A stretch of DNA of 64,000 nucleotides. Source: a virus. Under the pieces are notes generated by a model. The model was not told the origin of the DNA. It did no database searches and was given only the letters and a program-made list of their open reading frames with translations. Made by a program: the position numbers and the translations under genes. Positions 30,174-39,697 of this stretch are shown one piece after another (the stretch's first letter is position 1; every line of letters begins with the position of its first letter). Where the stretch lies: positions 64,001 through 128,000 of IMG/VR virus record IMGVR_UViG_3300023208_000003. One strand, written 5' to 3'.

Positions 30174-31044
30174 TTTCTATTCTCCTAATTAAAAAACCAT
30201 TTAATGGAAAATCATTTCCTCTTTTTAATTGGATAGGAATTTCATTTTTTATAAATTTAGAAATATTTCTAAAAGGAATGTTTGATTCAATGAAAAATTT
30301 TTTAAGATTTTTTATAATTTGCTTATTACCGTTTAAATCGACAATTTCAAAAAATCTTGAATTATTCTCTAATCCCTTGCGTGATTCTTTCCACAACATA
30401 CGAGTTTCCAAATTGTGTTTTTTTCCATAAAATCCATTTTTTTTACCAAGCACTGCATTTGACATATTCTTAGAATATTTTTCAGTTTTCATATAATCTC
30501 TATTTTTTGGTCCTTTACCAAAACTTTTTTTAAGTCTTTCTTCACGTTTTTTATCTGAAAGCAGATTCCATTGATTTTTAGATGCTATACCAACATTACG
30601 TTTCCATTTTTCTTTTTGTTCATATGTCATACTTTCAACAGTATTTCCGCCAGCAGCGTATTTTTTAAGATTATAATATTTTTTTCCCAATTCTTCATTT
30701 TTAATTTTAGAAAGCCATTTTTGTTCTATTGTCAAGGTTTGTTTTTTACAATTTTCAAAATTAAATTCTAATACATTAAATCTAAATGTTTCAGGTCTTT
30801 TTAAAATAGCTCGTTTACAATTAATAGAAGAAGTTAAATATCCATCAGAAAGCTTTCCATGATGTGAGCCGATGCAAAATTTATTTCTGATTGTATCAAA
30901 CCAAATATAAACGTATCCAAAATATGGAACATTCGGCGGCTGAAAGCGCCCGACAGCAACTGCAGCATATTGTTTAAGCTCAGGAAATTTTTTATCTTCT
31001 AAAAGAGTAAGAGCGAGATATTCGTCGTAATCGTTATAAAGCAT
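30163..31044 (-). mobile_element. GIY-YIG/NUMOD3 homing endonuclease fused in frame to a 37-codon nucleotidyltransferase N-terminal fragment
   Basis: GYVYIWFD...FCIGSH...GY-x-TSS and KNGFYGKKHN motifs. The first 37 aa end in GRFQPP. Markedly more AT-rich than its flanks. Confidence 0.8.
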
Positions 31045-31078
31045 TAGGTAGGCCTGTTAAATAATTAATTGCTTTTCA

Positions 31079-31086
31079 TATTTATA
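31079..31086 (-). promoter_or_regulatory. T4-type late promoter (TATAAATA)
   Basis: Perfect T4 late consensus upstream of 31044. Confidence 0.7.
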
Positions 31087-31098
31087 CCCAACAGAACT

Positions 31099-31128
31099 AT
31101 GTACAAAATCAAAAATTTTGTGTATAAT
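31099..31128 (+). promoter_or_regulatory. Sigma70-type promoter for the gp55-47-46 operon
   Basis: ATGTAC-N18-TATAAT, the same type as at 38327, 40360 and 41049. Confidence 0.55.
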
Positions 31129-31166
31129 GTAGTTATGGGTAAGGAATAAACTCGAAAAACTACAAT

Positions 31167-31652
31167 ATGGAGAAACGTTTAATGTCTGAAACTACTATTG
31201 AAAAACCTAAAAAATTAAAAAGAGAAAGATCAACCACCACCAAAGGTCATTATGTAACAAACGCAAAGCTACTTCCAGCAATTGAAAAATCAAGAGCTGA
31301 AGGGCGAATTACCCATGAGCTAGCGGTAATGCTTAAGCAAATAGCTGAGCGCTATTCACTAAAAAGCTGGTTCATTGGTTATTCATATCGTGAAGATATG
31401 ATTGCGTACGCGCTGTTAAATTTATGCGCTAATGCGTTAAAATTTGACCCATCAAAAGGCTCAAATCCTTTTGCTTATTATACAACCTGCGTTCACAATT
31501 CTTTTCAACAATTTAAAATTGACGAAAAGAAACATCGTGATATAAGAGATAAGCTTATGATTGATGCTGGAGCTAACCCAAGTTATGGGTATTCTGAGCG
31601 CGAACATGAGCATTTTAAAAATGAACATCAAGACTTTTTTGAAAATTATTAA
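31167..31652 (+). CDS. gp55: Late-transcription sigma factor, gp55-like (start may be 31182)
   Basis: HYVTNAKLL...GYSYREDMIAYAL...FDPSKGSNPFAYYTTCVHNSF. Next to gp47/gp46 as in T4-like phages. Confidence 0.8.
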   Translation: MEKRLMSETTIEKPKKLKRERSTTTKGHYVTNAKLLPAIEKSRAEGRITHELAVMLKQIAERYSLKSWFIGYSYREDMIAYALLNLCANALKFDPSKGSNPFAYYTTCVHNSFQQFKIDEKKHRDIRDKLMIDAGANPSYGYSEREHEHFKNEHQDFFENY

Positions 31653-32725
31653 TGAGCTTAGAAATTCAAGAACTTTCAATGGGAGACTACCCCATTAAAA
31701 GAATTTTGATGTTTACTGACATCCACTTTGGAGCCAGAAACAACGGAATTCAACATAATCAAGATTGTCTAAATTATCTCGACTGGTTTACATACTTAGT
31801 CAAGAAAGAAAAAGCAGATGCAGTCGCCTTTATGGGCGACTGGCATGAGAATAGAAATTCAATAAATGTGCTCACACACAAATATTCAATACAGGGTTTA
31901 CGAAAACTCGAGGAACTTAATATTCCTATTTTCTTCATCATAGGAAATCATGACCTTTATCACCGACATACGCGTGATGTTCACTCACTTGAAATTTTTA
32001 AAGGACGAGAACATTTTATTTTAATTGAACATCCTGTTTCAGTTGATAAGAAAATGTTATTTTGCCCTTACCTTTTTAAGGACGAGTACCCTGCAATGGT
32101 TCCTCACGTAATAAAACATCGTTATGTGTTTGGTCACTTTGAATTTAGAAACTTTGTACTGACAGGCAGTAACACAATTGCTGAACATGGCCCTGATCAC
32201 ACAATGTTTAAAGGTTGTCGCTTTTTATTTTCTGGTCACTATCACGCTCGTCAAACCAAAGACAACATCATTTACATTGGAAATACTTTTCCAACTAATT
32301 ACGGTGATGTTGATGACATTAGGCGAGGAGCGTGTCTTCTTAACCTAGAGGAAGATGATTTCAAATTTTTTGACTGGCCAGATTGCCCATCATTTCATAA
32401 AACAACCTTATCAAAGGTAATAAATGAAGAATGGGAACCTAGAAGAAATGGAAGAGTTCGCTGCTTAATTGATGAAGAAATTAGCTACACTGAAGTTCAG
32501 CAGCTACGAGAAGATTTACTTGAGCTTTATGGGCTACGAGAGTTCACTATTGAAGAAAATATTCTTGAAAAAAAGGATGCTATGCTTGAAGGAGCTGATG
32601 TTGCAATTAATTCTCTAGAATTAAGTGATTTAGATGAAACGGTTCGAATATTAATAAAAGAGGGTGTTCAAAATACAACAACAATTTCATCAGACAAGTT
32701 AATTGAAATTTACAACGAGCTATAA
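31652..32725 (+). CDS. gp47: Recombination endonuclease subunit (Mre11/SbcD-like)
   Basis: Phosphoesterase motifs TDIHFG, MGDWH, GNHD, GHFE, SGHYH. Confidence 0.9.
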   Translation: MSLEIQELSMGDYPIKRILMFTDIHFGARNNGIQHNQDCLNYLDWFTYLVKKEKADAVAFMGDWHENRNSINVLTHKYSIQGLRKLEELNIPIFFIIGNHDLYHRHTRDVHSLEIFKGREHFILIEHPVSVDKKMLFCPYLFKDEYPAMVPHVIKHRYVFGHFEFRNFVLTGSNTIAEHGPDHTMFKGCRFLFSGHYHARQTKDNIIYIGNTFPTNYGDVDDIRRGACLLNLEEDDFKFFDWPDCPSFHKTTLSKVINEEWEPRRNGRVRCLIDEEISYTEVQQLREDLLELYGLREFTIEENILEKKDAMLEGADVAINSLELSDLDETVRILIKEGVQNTTTISSDKLIEIYNEL

Positions 32726-34474
32726 ATGTCACGTAAAATAACTTTTAAATGGATGTCCTGGAGGAATTTCACCTCATTCGGTGAAATTGAAACTTTCATT
32801 GATCTTACTCAAATTGGCACTATCTTTTTATATGGCGTTAATTTAGACACGGGTTCAGCCAATGGAACTGGTAAGTCATCAATCATAAACGCTTTTTGTT
32901 ACGCTGTTTATAATAAGCCACGCGATTCAATTTCATTGCAGCGACTTATAAATTCCACTAACGCTTGTAAGAATACACTAATGGAAGCGCGTATCGCTTT
33001 CTCAAAAGGAGAAGATGAGTATGAAGTCTATCGTTGTAGGGGGGCGGCTTACAACATATTAATTACAAAAAATGGAGTTGACATAACTCCTGACTCAGTA
33101 AGTGAGTCAGATAAGTTAGTTGAAGAAATTATTGGAATCAGTTATGAACTTTTTACAAAGGTAATTGTGTTCTCTGGTTCAGCAATGCCATTTCTTGAAA
33201 TGCCTGTTGCTTTTCAACGTAATTACATTGAGGAGCTTTTTAAGATAACATTGCTTAGTGAAAAAGCAATTATCTTAAAGAAAAAAATACAGCAAACAGA
33301 AAATGACATTCAAATAGCTCAGGTTATTATTTTAGAACAAGAAACAGCTGTAAAGCTTCACGCAAAAAGAATCAAAGATGCAACAGAACGAGCCATAACC
33401 TGGGAAAATAATAATGAAAAGCAGATCAAAACGATTACTGCAAAGCTTGCAAGCATCGAAGGAGTTGACTTTGACCGTGAGCAAGAGCTGCATTTAGCCA
33501 AATCTGAGTTAAACAGTATTAAAAAGGAATTGGAAAGCGAACAAGCTTTAAAGCGTCAAACGCTAACTACTATTGAAAAGAAGATAAAGAAAAACAATGA
33601 AGAGCTAAGTCACTTACGAGATGATAAGTGCCCTTATTGTTTACAAGGAATGCCAAACGCTAACGATAAAATTCAGTCACTTAAACTTGATAATAATACC
33701 CAATATCAAAACAAACAAGTTATTGAGAAACAGTTAGCAAAACTTCAAGCTGAAATTCAAACTATTGGAGCAGAGTTTGTAGAAATATCTGAGGAAATAA
33801 AATACCCCGATCTTCAGCAGCTTCTTAATATTAGAGCTCAACGAGCAACTTTTGAAGCGCAACTAGATGAGTACGCTCATGCTGTTAACCCTCATACTGA
33901 AACCATTGAAACTCTCACAAAAGAAAATGTCGCTGATATTGATTACGAATTGATTGACAGGTTAAAAGCTCAACAAGAGCACCAACAATTTCTGTTAAAG
34001 CTTCTTGTTGATAAAAATTCCTTCATAAGACGTAGAATCATAAATCGCACAATTCCATTTCTTAATGAACGCATTAATTACTATGCTAAGGAACTTGGCT
34101 TACCACATGTTGTAAAATTTGATGACAATATGAGTTGTACTGTTTCCGAATTTGGTAGAGAACTTGACTTTGGTAACCTATCAGGCGGCGAAAAGAAACG
34201 TGTTAATTTGGCTATTGCTATCGCGTTTAGAGACGTGCTTCACAGGCGACACGCTTTTATTAACGTGCTATTCTTAGATGAGATAGATGCCTCGTTAGAC
34301 GCAACTGGAACTGATGTTTTAATTAAGCTGATCAGAAACAAAGCTAACTCTGATAATCTTGGTATCTGGGTTATTATGCATCGACCAGAAGCTGAGGGTA
34401 AGTTTGATAAAACTATGCTAGTAATTAAAGAAGGTGGCTTTTCTCGCTTAGAAGAGTTACAGTTAAATACGTAA
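32726..34474 (+). CDS. gp46: Recombination ATPase subunit (Rad50/SbcC-like)
   Basis: Walker A NGTGKSS, coiled coil with CPYC zinc hook, LSGGEKKR signature, FLDEID. Confidence 0.92.
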   Translation: MSRKITFKWMSWRNFTSFGEIETFIDLTQIGTIFLYGVNLDTGSANGTGKSSIINAFCYAVYNKPRDSISLQRLINSTNACKNTLMEARIAFSKGEDEYEVYRCRGAAYNILITKNGVDITPDSVSESDKLVEEIIGISYELFTKVIVFSGSAMPFLEMPVAFQRNYIEELFKITLLSEKAIILKKKIQQTENDIQIAQVIILEQETAVKLHAKRIKDATERAITWENNNEKQIKTITAKLASIEGVDFDREQELHLAKSELNSIKKELESEQALKRQTLTTIEKKIKKNNEELSHLRDDKCPYCLQGMPNANDKIQSLKLDNNTQYQNKQVIEKQLAKLQAEIQTIGAEFVEISEEIKYPDLQQLLNIRAQRATFEAQLDEYAHAVNPHTETIETLTKENVADIDYELIDRLKAQQEHQQFLLKLLVDKNSFIRRRIINRTIPFLNERINYYAKELGLPHVVKFDDNMSCTVSEFGRELDFGNLSGGEKKRVNLAIAIAFRDVLHRRHAFINVLFLDEIDASLDATGTDVLIKLIRNKANSDNLGIWVIMHRPEAEGKFDKTMLVIKEGGFSRLEELQLNT

Positions 34475-34487
34475 AATAATCCATAAA

Positions 34488-34495
34488 AATAAATA
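34488..34495 (+). promoter_or_regulatory. T4-type late promoter (AATAAATA)
   Basis: Motif match 29 nt upstream of 34524. Confidence 0.55.
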
Positions 34496-34523
34496 GTGGT
34501 ATCAACAATGAAAAGGTGCCACT

Positions 34524-35045
34524 ATGAACCTCCTGCAAGAAATAGACCTCATCGCTGAGGAAACCAAAACCGAGAAAGACTTGGTAAAGATGTTCAAGGA
34601 CGCCAAAGACAGCGGCGCACTTAAGAACTATGTCCTTTCTGAAACCTATGACGTTCGTCCACTCAAGATAGACGAAGAAGTCAAAGTAAAATTCCCAGGA
34701 TTTACCTCTAAAACCGAAAAAGCGCAGGAAGGCGAGAGCTTGTTGCGTGTTCACGATAAACCAAATCTTCAACGCATTATTGATGAGGAAGAACTTGAAG
34801 ATAGTTACGCTCCTATTCGTCCAAATGAAAAACCAGATGCAGAAGGATTTACGCTTTATCGTAGCGTTAAAACACTTCAAGCTTTTCAATATACTGAGGA
34901 CCAACCTCTGGTCTTCCAGGGTAACGTAGGAGGCTCATTGCATGTTAAAATGAATGACTATATCGCTCGTGACGTAGCTAATCCCAAGAGAGTCCTAGTG
35001 TTTCCTGGTCCAAAGTTTGAAGACAAATATACTGAAACCAAATGA
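34524..35045 (+). CDS. Hypothetical protein, 173 aa (MNLLQE leader)
   Basis: Intact ORF with AAGG SD. First gene of the late array. Confidence 0.7.
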   Translation: MNLLQEIDLIAEETKTEKDLVKMFKDAKDSGALKNYVLSETYDVRPLKIDEEVKVKFPGFTSKTEKAQEGESLLRVHDKPNLQRIIDEEELEDSYAPIRPNEKPDAEGFTLYRSVKTLQAFQYTEDQPLVFQGNVGGSLHVKMNDYIARDVANPKRVLVFPGPKFEDKYTETK

Positions 35046-35692
35046 AAGTTCAAAAGCTAATTTCTGAGAGCCCTGGTTCTGGTTCTTTTACTATTATGTG
35101 CACTAAGCAAGTAAAAAGTAATGTTCAAATTGATATGTTTGAGCAAAATTTTAAATATCTTGCGTCACAAAATTTTAAAGATGAAACTGTTAGATTGGAT
35201 AGTTCCTCTGGTAGAATTAATGTCGGAATACAATTTAACAATTCTTCACGAACAATTTTTCCTAAAAAAGTAGCAGAAATAATTTTAAAATTTGTAACAA
35301 ATTATACTGGAAGTTCCGTGTTTCCACCAGTAAAAATGCATGTAAATTATCCAACGTTGATTTTGTTAGATTTTAGTGATCAAGATGATCGAATTGTTGA
35401 TCAAACAGTCGACAATGAACATTTAATGATTAATGGATTTACGCTCAAAGACATTCATAAACACATTAAAAATATTGATTCGATTTATTGTAATGATAAA
35501 ATCACAGATAGCGTTTTAGGTCTATTATTAATTGAACACAGTCTTCGTTGTTTTGAAGAAGTTGTAGGCGTTCCATCTTTAAATGAAGACTGGATGGAAA
35601 TAGTTAATAAACACTTAAGTGGCGATAAAGATGTTCTTGAATGTAAAACAGATTTAATTGAAAAAGGATTTCCAAAGTTGGCAAAAATATGA
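35042..35692 (+). CDS. 'YAKL' paralog family member
   Basis: MKVQKLISE leader, C-terminus LGLLLIE...IVNKHL...DVLECKTDLIEKGFPKLAKI. Confidence 0.8.
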   Translation: MKVQKLISESPGSGSFTIMCTKQVKSNVQIDMFEQNFKYLASQNFKDETVRLDSSSGRINVGIQFNNSSRTIFPKKVAEIILKFVTNYTGSSVFPPVKMHVNYPTLILLDFSDQDDRIVDQTVDNEHLMINGFTLKDIHKHIKNIDSIYCNDKITDSVLGLLLIEHSLRCFEEVVGVPSLNEDWMEIVNKHLSGDKDVLECKTDLIEKGFPKLAKI

Positions 35693-36359
35693 AAGTCAAG
35701 CAACTTCTTCAAGAAGCTCAGCGTGGAATGTTTTACTTTACATTCAACTCAGCTCAGCTCAAACAACGTATGAAAATTCTCTCCTTCTGAAAGATGATTT
35801 ACAGGTTGCAGCAGAAAAGCTCGGTGCTGAAGTAGAGTTCATTGGACGTACTGAAGATGATGACGATGAAGGCAGACTCACGAGTAATTATGGGTTCAAG
35901 ATTTATCATCACTCAGGTGATCTTCACCCGAAACAACTTGGTATTGTTCTCAATAATCTTTATGTAAAATACACAAATGGAGATGTTGATGTAAGTAACA
36001 CAATGGTAACTCCAACAATGGGACTTCACTTGCCAGTCAATTTTCTTGTTGACTTTTCAGATGGCACAGCTACATTTGTAAATCAATTTATAAATCAATA
36101 TTTCGTAAATATTGCAGGAACCGATTTACATAATATTCACAAGCAAATTCAGCACATTGACGCAATATTTATAGATGATGATGTGAAATCGGGTGGGCTT
36201 GGACTTATGCTAGTTGAAGATTTAGTAAATGTTTCTGGGATAAAGCAAACACTTCAGTGGCGAAACATTATAACCAAGCATCTCAAAAATGAGCGCGATG
36301 TGCTTGATTGCAAAGCAGAGTTAATTGAGAAAGGGTATTCAACGCTCGCAAAACTATAA
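35689..36359 (+). pseudogene. Frameshifted 'YAKL' family member
   Basis: The ATGA-coupled start MKVKQLLQE stops at TGA 35788-35790. The family body and C-terminus (DVLDCKAELIEKGYSTLAKL) are in another frame. Deleting one CTCAG unit fuses the two. Confidence 0.75.
35748..35761 (+). repeat. Pentanucleotide tandem repeat CTCAG x2.8 at the frameshift site
   Basis: ctcag-ctcag-ctca read directly. Confidence 0.85.
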
Positions 36360-36371
36360 AAGAGAATTCAT

Positions 36372-36917
36372 ATGATAGAAGAAGAAAAAAAGAAAAGAAA
36401 GAATAGTAAAGCAAAAGGAAATGGCTTTGAAAGTAAAGTTGCAAAAATTTTAGCAGAGCACCTAGCGCCTTTAAAATTTATTCGTACCCAAAGTTCTGGA
36501 GCTCGTGTAGGTGGAAAAAACTTTGGAACAACTGGACAGCTTTTTAATCAACAGACACTTTCGCTTTTCGTGGGTGATGTGGTTGCCACAAATGATGGCG
36601 AAGACGGTCACTGGTTTAGGTTTGTAGTTGAATGCAAATTTTATAAGGAACCTGATACATTAGATCAGCTGCTTACTCGTAAAGCAAAGGTATTTGGCTG
36701 GCTGAATGAAGTTGATGTTGATAAAGTAAAGGTTGGTAAAGAAGGAATTGTCATAATGAAGTTTAATGGAAAAGATCCATTGATAGCCGTTAGACCTGAA
36801 ATTGAGCTACCTTTTAAGAATTACTTAACAATTGGGAATGCAAAGATTGGTTATCTTGCAGACGCACTAGAACACCCGGAATTCTGGTTAAAAAATGAAA
36901 ATACAACAGCTACTTGA
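36372..36917 (+). CDS. Holliday junction resolvase-like PD-(D/E)xK nuclease
   Basis: NSKAKGNGFESKVAKIL...RTQSSGA...GDVV...VECKFYK. Confidence 0.7.
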   Translation: MIEEEKKKRKNSKAKGNGFESKVAKILAEHLAPLKFIRTQSSGARVGGKNFGTTGQLFNQQTLSLFVGDVVATNDGEDGHWFRFVVECKFYKEPDTLDQLLTRKAKVFGWLNEVDVDKVKVGKEGIVIMKFNGKDPLIAVRPEIELPFKNYLTIGNAKIGYLADALEHPEFWLKNENTTAT

Positions 36918-37567
36918 AAATCAAGAAGTTAAATCTCACTTTACAATGCATGAGATTTATCCTGAAATGTCAAAAATAAAAAGTGAGTTTGTAAATATGC
37001 CACAAGGTAAAATTTCAAAATTAATTGAAAAGAAACTCAAACTATTAAAGACGAAATATGGATTTGACGCTATTCCGACAGCTTTTTTTTAAAACTCATT
37101 CTAATGACTTTTTTTTTGGAGAGTATGGAATTACGTTTACTTTCAGTGACAGAACAGCAACAATTGATCTTACAAAACTTAGAAATGAAACCAATTTAAC
37201 TTTAGGACTATCTTCTAGAAAAAATAATTACACTACGCTCGAATTTAATTGTCCACTAAGTTTAACATTCAAAACTGATAAATCATTTAGTGAAGCATTA
37301 TGCGAATTCGCAGCAAACGGAAAAACTCTGCAGAATATTCATAAAATTATTCCTGACGTTTATAGTTTACGTGTAGTTGATACAATTGAAAGCAACGTGT
37401 TAGGGCTTGTTTTAATGAAAAAATTAGAAGCTGGGTTTATTGATTTTGGAGCATCAAATAAAGATTGGTCATTAATAGTCTGTCGTTATCTTCACAGCAA
37501 TCGTGACCTGCTTGAATGCAAAACTGAGTTAATTGAAAAAGGATTTGGAGCTTACGCAAAGCTATGA
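36895..37567 (+). pseudogene. Frameshifted 'YAKL' family member (T8 tract)
   Basis: The MKIQQLLE ORF ends GCT TTT TTT TAA (37081-37092). The family C-terminus (DLLECKTELIEKGFGAYAKL) continues in the +1 frame. T7 would restore one ORF. Confidence 0.75.
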
Positions 37568-38325
37568 AAATAAATCAATTATTTGAAGAAGTTAATCACT
37601 ACGCCACCATTCGCTTTCGTCTGAGTCCCTTTGTGGTTGATGATGAAACTGGCGAGCTTTTACCGATTAAGCGCTGGCAAAAAGACGGGGTTGACGCCTT
37701 TAACGTCGACAGTGATGCTTGGAAAGAAACACTGCAGTTGGTTAAAAACGCTAATGTTGATGGTTTAAAAATGTTCAGAATGTCTGCCCAATCAAGAAAT
37801 AATAGTGATCTTGGGTATGATTTTATTTTTTACGTGACAAAAGCAATCAACGTTGATCAAGCGCTTTTAGAGCTTCACAGTAAGATCGCTTATTACGATT
37901 CTCATTCGGAACCTAAGAAAGGGAGTGCGATGTATGTGAACTCCATCGTCTTTATTTCTCCTATTCCAGCTGGTCTTACCTTTGATGAGGAAAAAACTCG
38001 AGACTTGCAGAAGTGGAACTGGGACGGTATTGCGCTTGGCGGAAGAAGTGCTTCTGCTGCGCAAAATGAGCTTTCACTTGCAAATATCAAACACATCAAG
38101 TGCTTCAATTTATTTTTGTTCGGTAAGGTAGTAAGTAACGCGTTAGGCATTTTGCTAAATCCTACAATACGAACGCTAACTTCAGCATCAGGATTTAAAT
38201 CGCCTAATCAAGTATGGAATCCTTGGATCCCAATAGTCACTAAGCATTTAGATGGCGATAAAGACATTCTTGAGTGTAAAACAGATTTGATAGAAGCTGG
38301 TTACAAGGAACTCGCGAAAATCTAA
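37564..38325 (+). CDS. 'YAKL' paralog family member
   Basis: MKINQLFEE leader, C-terminus DILECKTDLIEAGYKELAKI. Confidence 0.8.
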   Translation: MKINQLFEEVNHYATIRFRLSPFVVDDETGELLPIKRWQKDGVDAFNVDSDAWKETLQLVKNANVDGLKMFRMSAQSRNNSDLGYDFIFYVTKAINVDQALLELHSKIAYYDSHSEPKKGSAMYVNSIVFISPIPAGLTFDEEKTRDLQKWNWDGIALGGRSASAAQNELSLANIKHIKCFNLFLFGKVVSNALGILLNPTIRTLTSASGFKSPNQVWNPWIPIVTKHLDGDKDILECKTDLIEAGYKELAKI

Positions 38326-38326
38326 A

Positions 38327-38356
38327 TTGTACTTTTTCTTACTTTGATGTTATAAT
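38327..38356 (+). promoter_or_regulatory. Sigma70-type promoter
   Basis: TTGTAC-N18-TATAAT with a TGn extended -10. Confidence 0.7.
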
Positions 38357-38378
38357 TTGCATTAAAATAGGGTGATTT

Positions 38379-39038
38379 ATGTCTGCTGAAGCTCCATTAC
38401 TTGGTTACGGTGCGCGCTACGCCGTAATGATAAAAAATCCGTATGAAAAAAACCCGGAACAGTTTTTATCCAAAATCTTCAAGCAGCTTGAAGTAAACGT
38501 TACTGCTGCACTTCAAGATTATCCTATCTATTCAATCAGTTTCAATGTTGAAACTGCCGGCAAATTCGTTTCATTAATAATTTTCTTTGACGATGCAGCT
38601 TTTACTATTGATATTGAAAAGCTGCACGCAACTATTTTAGATAACCTCAAAGCTTTAAATTTAAAAGTAGCAAATTCTGATAAATACTACGGAATGACGA
38701 ACTTGTATTTGCCTACAAGCATTTCAATATTTGTTTCAGATAAGATCTTTGAAACTGATAATGGAATAGTGCTGGTTTCTGGCAGGTCCCTTAGTGGAGT
38801 TCATAAACAGCTGATAAATGTCAATTGTATTATCTTACAAGACACAATCAAATCAAACATTTTAGGATTGCTTTTGATTGATAATTTAGTAGAACTTAAC
38901 TTTACAAGTAAAGAAGTTCGAGAAAGCAATCGTACTTGGACAGAGCCTTACAAGCTGGCTAGATTGGAAAAAATGGATTTGCTCGAGTTTAAAGCGATGC
39001 TCATTGAAAATGGATTATCACAATACGCGAAACTATGA
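38379..39038 (+). CDS. 'YAKL' family member without the MK..LLE leader
   Basis: Starts MSAEAPLLG, C-terminus LLEFKAMLIENGLSQYAKL. Confidence 0.8.
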   Translation: MSAEAPLLGYGARYAVMIKNPYEKNPEQFLSKIFKQLEVNVTAALQDYPIYSISFNVETAGKFVSLIIFFDDAAFTIDIEKLHATILDNLKALNLKVANSDKYYGMTNLYLPTSISIFVSDKIFETDNGIVLVSGRSLSGVHKQLINVNCIILQDTIKSNILGLLLIDNLVELNFTSKEVRESNRTWTEPYKLARLEKMDLLEFKAMLIENGLSQYAKL

Positions 39039-39697
39039 AAGTACAAACATTATTAAAAGAAAACACTAATTTTGAAGGGTTTAAATACAGCTTCAGAGTG
39101 TCTGAAGAATGGCCTAGTCAGCCCCAAGATAAAGAAAAAAATATCAGTAACAGTGTTAATAGCGTAATTAAAGAACTTTATTCATTGTCGTTTTCAATAA
39201 AAGAAATTCTTTTTAATTTTGATGGAACCGAGAGAAAATTCAAAATTGAGTTTAAAGATGTTTCAGAAGTTGTTAACTTAGGTCATTTTCACGATGAAAT
39301 CAAAAAAATACTTAAGAACAATAATTTAATATTTACCATGAGTGATGAATATATTGCTAATATGACAATGATGTTTCCAGGCAAAATCGGTGTTCGTATT
39401 AGCGCATTTCAGAGAAATAACGGGTGGGCTACAGTCGTCGTATACGGTAATTCATTAAAAGATGTTCATAAAAGAATTCTTAATGCTGAAGAGCTCGTTA
39501 TTCAAAATGAAATTAACTCAAGTGTCTTAGGACTTATCTTAATGTCTGGAACGTCTATACGTTTTAGATCAAATCAAATCATTGAAGATAATCCTTGGCT
39601 TGATTTATATGTTGAAGCAATGGAGCAAAAAATGGACGTGCTTGAGTTCAAAGCGATGCTCATTGAAAATGGAATGTCACATCTGGCAAAATTATGA
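39035..39697 (+). CDS. 'YAKL' family member
   Basis: MKVQTLLKE leader, C-terminus VLEFKAMLIENGMSHLAKL. Confidence 0.8.
   Translation: MKVQTLLKENTNFEGFKYSFRVSEEWPSQPQDKEKNISNSVNSVIKELYSLSFSIKEILFNFDGTERKFKIEFKDVSEVVNLGHFHDEIKKILKNNNLIFTMSDEYIANMTMMFPGKIGVRISAFQRNNGWATVVVYGNSLKDVHKRILNAEELVIQNEINSSVLGLILMSGTSIRFRSNQIIEDNPWLDLYVEAMEQKMDVLEFKAMLIENGMSHLAKL

Noticed and set aside
30060-30950. Group I intron around the homing endonuclease (joining CGC-TTT| to ATG|CAG-CCA would give GRFQPPT and obey the U/G rules)
   Set aside because: The intervening DNA is entirely coding and very AT-rich, with no room for or sign of a P3-P7 core, and the downstream gene has its own SD, start and full N-terminus.
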